Program-made: the position numbers and the translations under genes | The notes under the pieces: model-generated | Database searches by the model: none | What the model saw: the letters and a program-made list of their open reading frames with translations, nothing else | What the model was told of the DNA's origin: nothing | Part shown: piece by piece, positions 59,849-64,000 of the stretch | Layout: each line of letters starts with the position of its first letter | How positions within the stretch are numbered: position 1 is the first letter of the stretch | DNA from: Candidatus Delongbacteria bacterium | Lineage (GTDB): Bacteria > CAIWAD01 | Direction: 5' to 3' | Length of the DNA: 64,000 bases | Assembly: GCA_963663545.1 (NCBI GenBank) | Contig: OY760505.1 | Span: 3,584,001 to 3,648,000, forward strand

Positions 59849-60867
59849 AGGTTTTGCCCTCCGACATTTTTCTGTAGATTTTCGATAATTTGTCGCGTAG
59901 TAATTCCGTCGGCTTCACCTTCGAAATTGAGAATGATCCGATGCTGTAGCGCCGGCACCATCCCTCGGATAATATCTGATTCGGCTACATGAACACGCCC
60001 GGCTGCCAGGGCACGTACTTTGGCTCCCATAATTAAAGCCTGTAAACCGCGTGGGCTTACTCCATATTGGACGTATTTTTTTACTAACGGCAGCGCATTG
60101 TCACTGAACGGCTGCGTTGCCAGAACCAGCCGCGCCGCATATTCGGTGAGATAGTCGGCGATACATATCTGGCTTACCACTAGTTTACTTTGGGCAATAG
60201 TTGTCAAGTCGATTTGACATTCGATATCGGGAATTGTCGCTCCGGTTGTCGAATTAGCGATGGCAACGAGGTCCTGTTGAGCGGGGAAAGCGACCACCAG
60301 CTTGTAAAAGAATCGGTCAAGTTGAGCCTCCGGTAATGGATAAGTGCCTTCCATCTCGATAGGGTTTTGCGTCGCTATCACCATAAATGGCTGCGGGAGC
60401 ATGTAAGTTTTTCCGGCTACGGTTACCCGGGTTTCTTGCATTGCCTGCAACAATGCCGATTGCGTTCTCGGGGTAGCGCGGTTGATCTCATCAGCCAATA
60501 CCAGATTGGCGAAAATCGGTCCTTTTTCGTAACGAATAACCGGAGTAGCATCATCGCCTTTCAATAATATATTGGTTCCGAGGATATCGGCTGGCATTAA
60601 ATCGGGGGTGAACTGAATACGGCTGTATCTCAAGGATAGCCCCTTGCTGAATATCTGTGCCAGCAGGGTTTTGCCTAATCCCGGAACTCCTTCCAGCAAG
60701 ACATGGCCTCCGGCGAAAAATGCCGTTAGCAAGTCTTGAACAATGTTGGGCTGACCAATGAAAATTCTGGAAATTGCCTGGGTTATTCTTGCAAAATCGG
60801 CCCGAAACTGAGCCGCTTGTTGTAAAAGATCGACGGTGTCATTCATTGGTAAATTGTGGCTATTCAT
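59845..60867 (-). CDS. MoxR-family AAA+ ATPase
   Basis: GVPGLGKT, RIQFTPDLMPAD, LADEINR, EGTYPLPEAQLDRF. Confidence 0.95.
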   Translation of the reverse strand: MNSHNLPMNDTVDLLQQAAQFRADFARITQAISRIFIGQPNIVQDLLTAFFAGGHVLLEGVPGLGKTLLAQIFSKGLSLRYSRIQFTPDLMPADILGTNILLKGDDATPVIRYEKGPIFANLVLADEINRATPRTQSALLQAMQETRVTVAGKTYMLPQPFMVIATQNPIEMEGTYPLPEAQLDRFFYKLVVAFPAQQDLVAIANSTTGATIPDIECQIDLTTIAQSKLVVSQICIADYLTEYAARLVLATQPFSDNALPLVKKYVQYGVSPRGLQALIMGAKVRALAAGRVHVAESDIIRGMVPALQHRIILNFEGEADGITTRQIIENLQKNVGGQNL

Positions 60868-60882
60868 AAAGACTTGGTATTA

Positions 60883-61068
60883 GGGCGTGTTTGCAAATTC
60901 CTTTCTGCTACGAAGCCCGATGCATCTTCCCTGGCTGCGTCGCAGAACCCGAAATCGTCCTCCGTCCTCAATTTGAATACTGCCAAACCTCCGGCGATTT
61001 CGGAACCTGCTCCTTGCCAGGAAAGCGTCTCGGGCTTCTCGCGACGAAATCAATTTGCAAACACGCCC
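60883..61068. mobile_element. MITE family B2 (186 bp)
   Basis: Perfect 17-bp TIR GGGCGTGTTTGCAAATT; TA on both sides. Confidence 0.88.
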
Positions 61069-61177
61069 TATTTGAAAAGCCTCTTTATCCCAGATTGGCG
61101 CTCGAATTTTTTCGCACCAATCAATTCGGCACTTCTATTTTTCGTCAGTAGCTACCGGGCTCGTGAATTGAAGCTAA

Positions 61178-61576
61178 GAATCCGGCAAGAAATAACTTAC
61201 CCATAGTTTGCCCTTTTGCTCCCTGGCCGCGTCGTTCTTCAATTACAGAACTAAGGCTATGCGCATTCGTCGCTCCTTGCCAGGAAACAAAATTGCTAAG
61301 AATCCGGCAAGAAATAACTTACCCATAGTTTGCCCTTTTGCTCCCTGGCCGCGTCGTTCTTCAATTACAGAACTAAGGCTATGCGCATTCGTCGCTCCTT
61401 GCCAGGAAACAAAATTGCTAAACCAACTGGCCAACTTATTTCTTGCCGGCTCCTAAACTGACCAATTTATTTCTTGCCGGCTCCTAAACTGACCAATTTA
61501 TTTCTTGCGGCTTCTAAACTGACCAATTTGTTTCTTGCCGGCTTCTAAACTGACCAATTTATTTCTTGCCGGCTTC
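61178..61576 (+). mobile_element. Family A cluster: duplicated copy plus four tandem ~31-bp right ends
   Basis: Copies start at 61178 and 61300; taaactgaccaattt(a/g)tttcttgc(c)ggct(c/t)c x4 at 61454-61576. Confidence 0.88.
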
Positions 61577-61590
61577 TAAATTACTAGTAA

Positions 61591-61728
61591 TCAGGGTTTG
61601 GTCTTGATGTTCAGTCGCCGTTTGCGCTGATTTTTGATTATTCGTCTGCCCCCTTTTGTTTTCATCCGGGTCAGAAAACCAGTTTTCTTTTTATATTTAA
61701 GACTCGAATTTCGAACTTTAATTTTCAT
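61591..61728 (-). CDS. rpmH: 50S ribosomal protein L34
   Basis: MKIKVRNSSLKYKKKTGFLTRMKTKGGRRII..QR.R; RBS aaggag. Confidence 0.9.
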   Translation of the reverse strand: MKIKVRNSSLKYKKKTGFLTRMKTKGGRRIIKNQRKRRLNIKTKP

Positions 61729-61971
61729 AGAATCTCCTTGCACCTGCCCGAGAAAAGTGGGCCGTAAAAAGATAAACATGCCTTGAATCCGGCAAGAAAT
61801 AACTTACCCATAGTTTGCCCTTTTGCTCCCTGGCGGCGTTCAACCTCTAGGTGGGAGCAGCTCGGTAGAATTTTACCGGTTACCAACAGTGCAAAATTAT
61901 AACAAGCCAGTAATGACAGGTAAAGAATTTTTTGGGCCACTTAATCAATAAATTTTAGCGTACAAAGCTAA

Positions 61972-62229
61972 GGAGCCGGCAAGAAATAACTTATCCATAG
62001 TTTGCCCTTGGGTGCAGTCCCATAATTTCGGAGATATAAAATGCTCTTCAATTATTGATTTCCTTACTCTCATTCACAAGTTGTCCCAGGCACCGGTATA
62101 ATTCGATGGTCGATGGGCGATAATCGTTATTCGTAATCGACATCGTAATCGTAATTCTATGGGCGATGGACGATGCTCGAAAATACCGGATGGCTAAACC
62201 AACTGACCAAGTTATTTCTTGCCGGCTCC
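61972..62229 (+). mobile_element. Family A ends around a family C-related interior (258 bp)
   Basis: Both TIRs; TAA on both sides; interior begins gggtgcagtcccataatttcgg. Confidence 0.75.
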
Positions 62230-62727
62230 TAATAAGTCGAGCAATTTGCCTAATTGCTTGACTTTCATATTGTCTGGCACTGAAAATAGCGGCGTCGCTG
62301 ACTGGTATAATTCCTGTATACGTTGCCGACCGGCAGCGATAATCCGGTCGTGGTCAAATGCCAGAGGTGGTAATTCGTCAACCGGAAACCAGGCAGCACG
62401 TGCGGCGTCGCTGCTGGCTTTCAGCTTTTTCTTCCCGGAGGCAATCGTCCAAAAAGCCATGGAAATGGTACGCCCCCGGGGGTCACGTCCCGGAGTATCG
62501 AAAATACCCAGAGAATTCAATGCCAACCCGGCGATGGTCGTTTCTTCTTCAAGTTCACGTTGGGCCGCTTGTAAAAAAGTTTCATCCGCTTCCATAAAAC
62601 CGCCGGGTAAAGCCCAATTTCCCTGAAACGGTTCATATTTTCGTTCAATCAGCAAAATTTCGCCACGATTGCGACCCATGGTGAAAACTAAAATATCTAC
62701 GGTCGCAGCTAAATCTTTGTGTCGCAT
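62212..62727 (-). CDS. NUDIX hydrolase
   Basis: WALPGGF..AAQRELEEET, RDPRGR, LAFDH. Confidence 0.93.
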   Translation of the reverse strand: MRHKDLAATVDILVFTMGRNRGEILLIERKYEPFQGNWALPGGFMEADETFLQAAQRELEEETTIAGLALNSLGIFDTPGRDPRGRTISMAFWTIASGKKKLKASSDAARAAWFPVDELPPLAFDHDRIIAAGRQRIQELYQSATPLFSVPDNMKVKQLGKLLDLLGAGKK

Positions 62728-62777
62728 TATATGTTTTCTTTCTTCTCTGATGATTCTACATGACTTTTCGGGTGATT

Positions 62778-63815
62778 TTATTCAATAAACGGTCGTTCTA
62801 ATTCCACTAAGGCGTGCTTGAGTAAACGTACCTTTTCCCGATAGGGCAAAAACGCGCTTTTGAAACCGTAAATGATTACGTCTTTTACTTCGTCAAGGGT
62901 CAAATCATATTGCTTTACCGCCACCATTAGTTCATCGGTAGTGCTGGTATTGGAAATCAGCCGGTTATCGGTATTGAGGGTCACCCGCAGATTGTAATCG
63001 AGGTAAAAACGGAAGGGATGGTGTTCGAGCGAATCTACTGATTGGGTTTGTAGGTTGGATGTCAGACAGATTTCCAAAGGAATGCGGTGATCATTGACAT
63101 AATTTAACAAACCTCCATCTTCGGCAAGCCGAGTGCCGTGACCAATGCGGTGGGCGCCGCAATAATGGATCGCTTGCGAAATACTGGCCGGCCCATAGGC
63201 TTCACCAGCATGGATGGTACAGTTGATGTTGTTGTTCAATACCAGTGAAAAGGCTTCGATGTGCTCTTTGGCCGGGTTGTCAGCCTCGGCTCCGGCCAGA
63301 TCGAAAGCAACCACCCCCCGGTTTTTATAAGCGACACAAAGCTCGGCCAACATTTTCGACTCGGCAGCCGGTCGATCTCGCATTGCGCAAATAATCAACC
63401 CGGCGCGAATTTTGTACTGGCGTTGCGCCATATCCAGCCCTTCCAATACCGCATCCACTATTTCTGAATAACGTAATTTTCTCTGCATGTGCAGTAGTGG
63501 CGAAAAACGGATTTCGATATACCAGACGTTTTCTTTTGCCGCGTCCTCCGCCAATTCGAACGCCGCCCGCGTCAGCGCCTCACGATGTTGCAACACCAAT
63601 AACGTAATGTCAAAGGCTTTAAGATACGTCTGCAGGCTGTCTACCCGGCGACCGCAGATTAGCAGCCGGCTTAGTTCCTCCTCATCGAAAGTGGGCAATT
63701 CGATATTATATTCGCGGGCCAACTCGATAATCGTCGCCAGTCGCAGCGAACCATCGAGATGGCAATGCAGATCGGTTTTGGGTAAATTAAAAATCATGTC
63801 TCTGGTTATTTCCAT
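62778..63815 (-). CDS. add: Adenosine deaminase
   Basis: PKTDLHCHLDGS, FDLAGAE, HAGE, RIGHG, CLTSN, NTDN. Confidence 0.94.
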   Translation of the reverse strand: MEITRDMIFNLPKTDLHCHLDGSLRLATIIELAREYNIELPTFDEEELSRLLICGRRVDSLQTYLKAFDITLLVLQHREALTRAAFELAEDAAKENVWYIEIRFSPLLHMQRKLRYSEIVDAVLEGLDMAQRQYKIRAGLIICAMRDRPAAESKMLAELCVAYKNRGVVAFDLAGAEADNPAKEHIEAFSLVLNNNINCTIHAGEAYGPASISQAIHYCGAHRIGHGTRLAEDGGLLNYVNDHRIPLEICLTSNLQTQSVDSLEHHPFRFYLDYNLRVTLNTDNRLISNTSTTDELMVAVKQYDLTLDEVKDVIIYGFKSAFLPYREKVRLLKHALVELERPFIE

Positions 63816-64000
63816 TCAACTCTCCTTGATGTTTCCACAGATAGCTCCCTGGCAAAAACGGCAATCACTCCAGTCAGAGTCTTATCTGTAGCTCTTTGCG
63901 AATCTCGCTCCTACGGTATTATAAAACGTGCCTGGATGAAAAGCGGTTCGACGTGCTGACGATAAATCATAGGGCAAAGTGGCATAGTCACCGCCACGAC

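Noticed and set aside
16590..61456. Recurrent short ORFs such as MPFCSLAASLLNYRTKAMRIRRSLPG and MVSWFSNFVSWQGATNAH
   Set aside because: They are translations of MITE family A on either strand.
61454..61576. 31-bp tandem repeat as CRISPR
   Set aside because: No spacers; the units are MITE right ends.
58778..62200. oriC near the dnaA-like gene and rpmH
   Set aside because: The genes are co-oriented and separated by moxR, no TTATCCACA cluster was seen, and the intergenic DNA is MITE-derived.

Overview
The window looks like two unrelated sequences joined near 5263. Segment 1 (1-~5263, very GC-rich) holds the end of a T9SS-sorted protein, an rnfCDGEA operon with no adjacent rnfB, and a truncated Tat-signal gene. 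Segment 2 (~5264-64000, moderate GC; planctomycete-like by inference from a CPCG zinc-ribbon TPR protein, paired MoxR ATPases and a short DnaA paralog) carries housekeeping and peptidase genes (dsbD, aroQ, xseA, psd, cca, rpmH, add and others) and many miniature repeats. There are two accessory regions. At 11.6-17 kb lie two XRE regulators, a Rha-DUF559 fusion, a decayed IS1380 and a radical SAM/SPASM gene. At 47.2-55 kb two almost identical REP-associated tyrosine transposases (RAYT) are bracketed by arrays of a GGTGCCAGGCATC REP. Among the arrays sit a phage tail-like fragment with a precise in-frame 21-nt REP insertion, a double-P63C gene inside 41-bp direct repeats, an orphan integron cassette with attC, an ends-only mini-element and a caspase-like fragment. 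Three MITE types with different terminal repeats also share one strand-specific structured core. All calls come from reading motifs by eye; no database searches were run.
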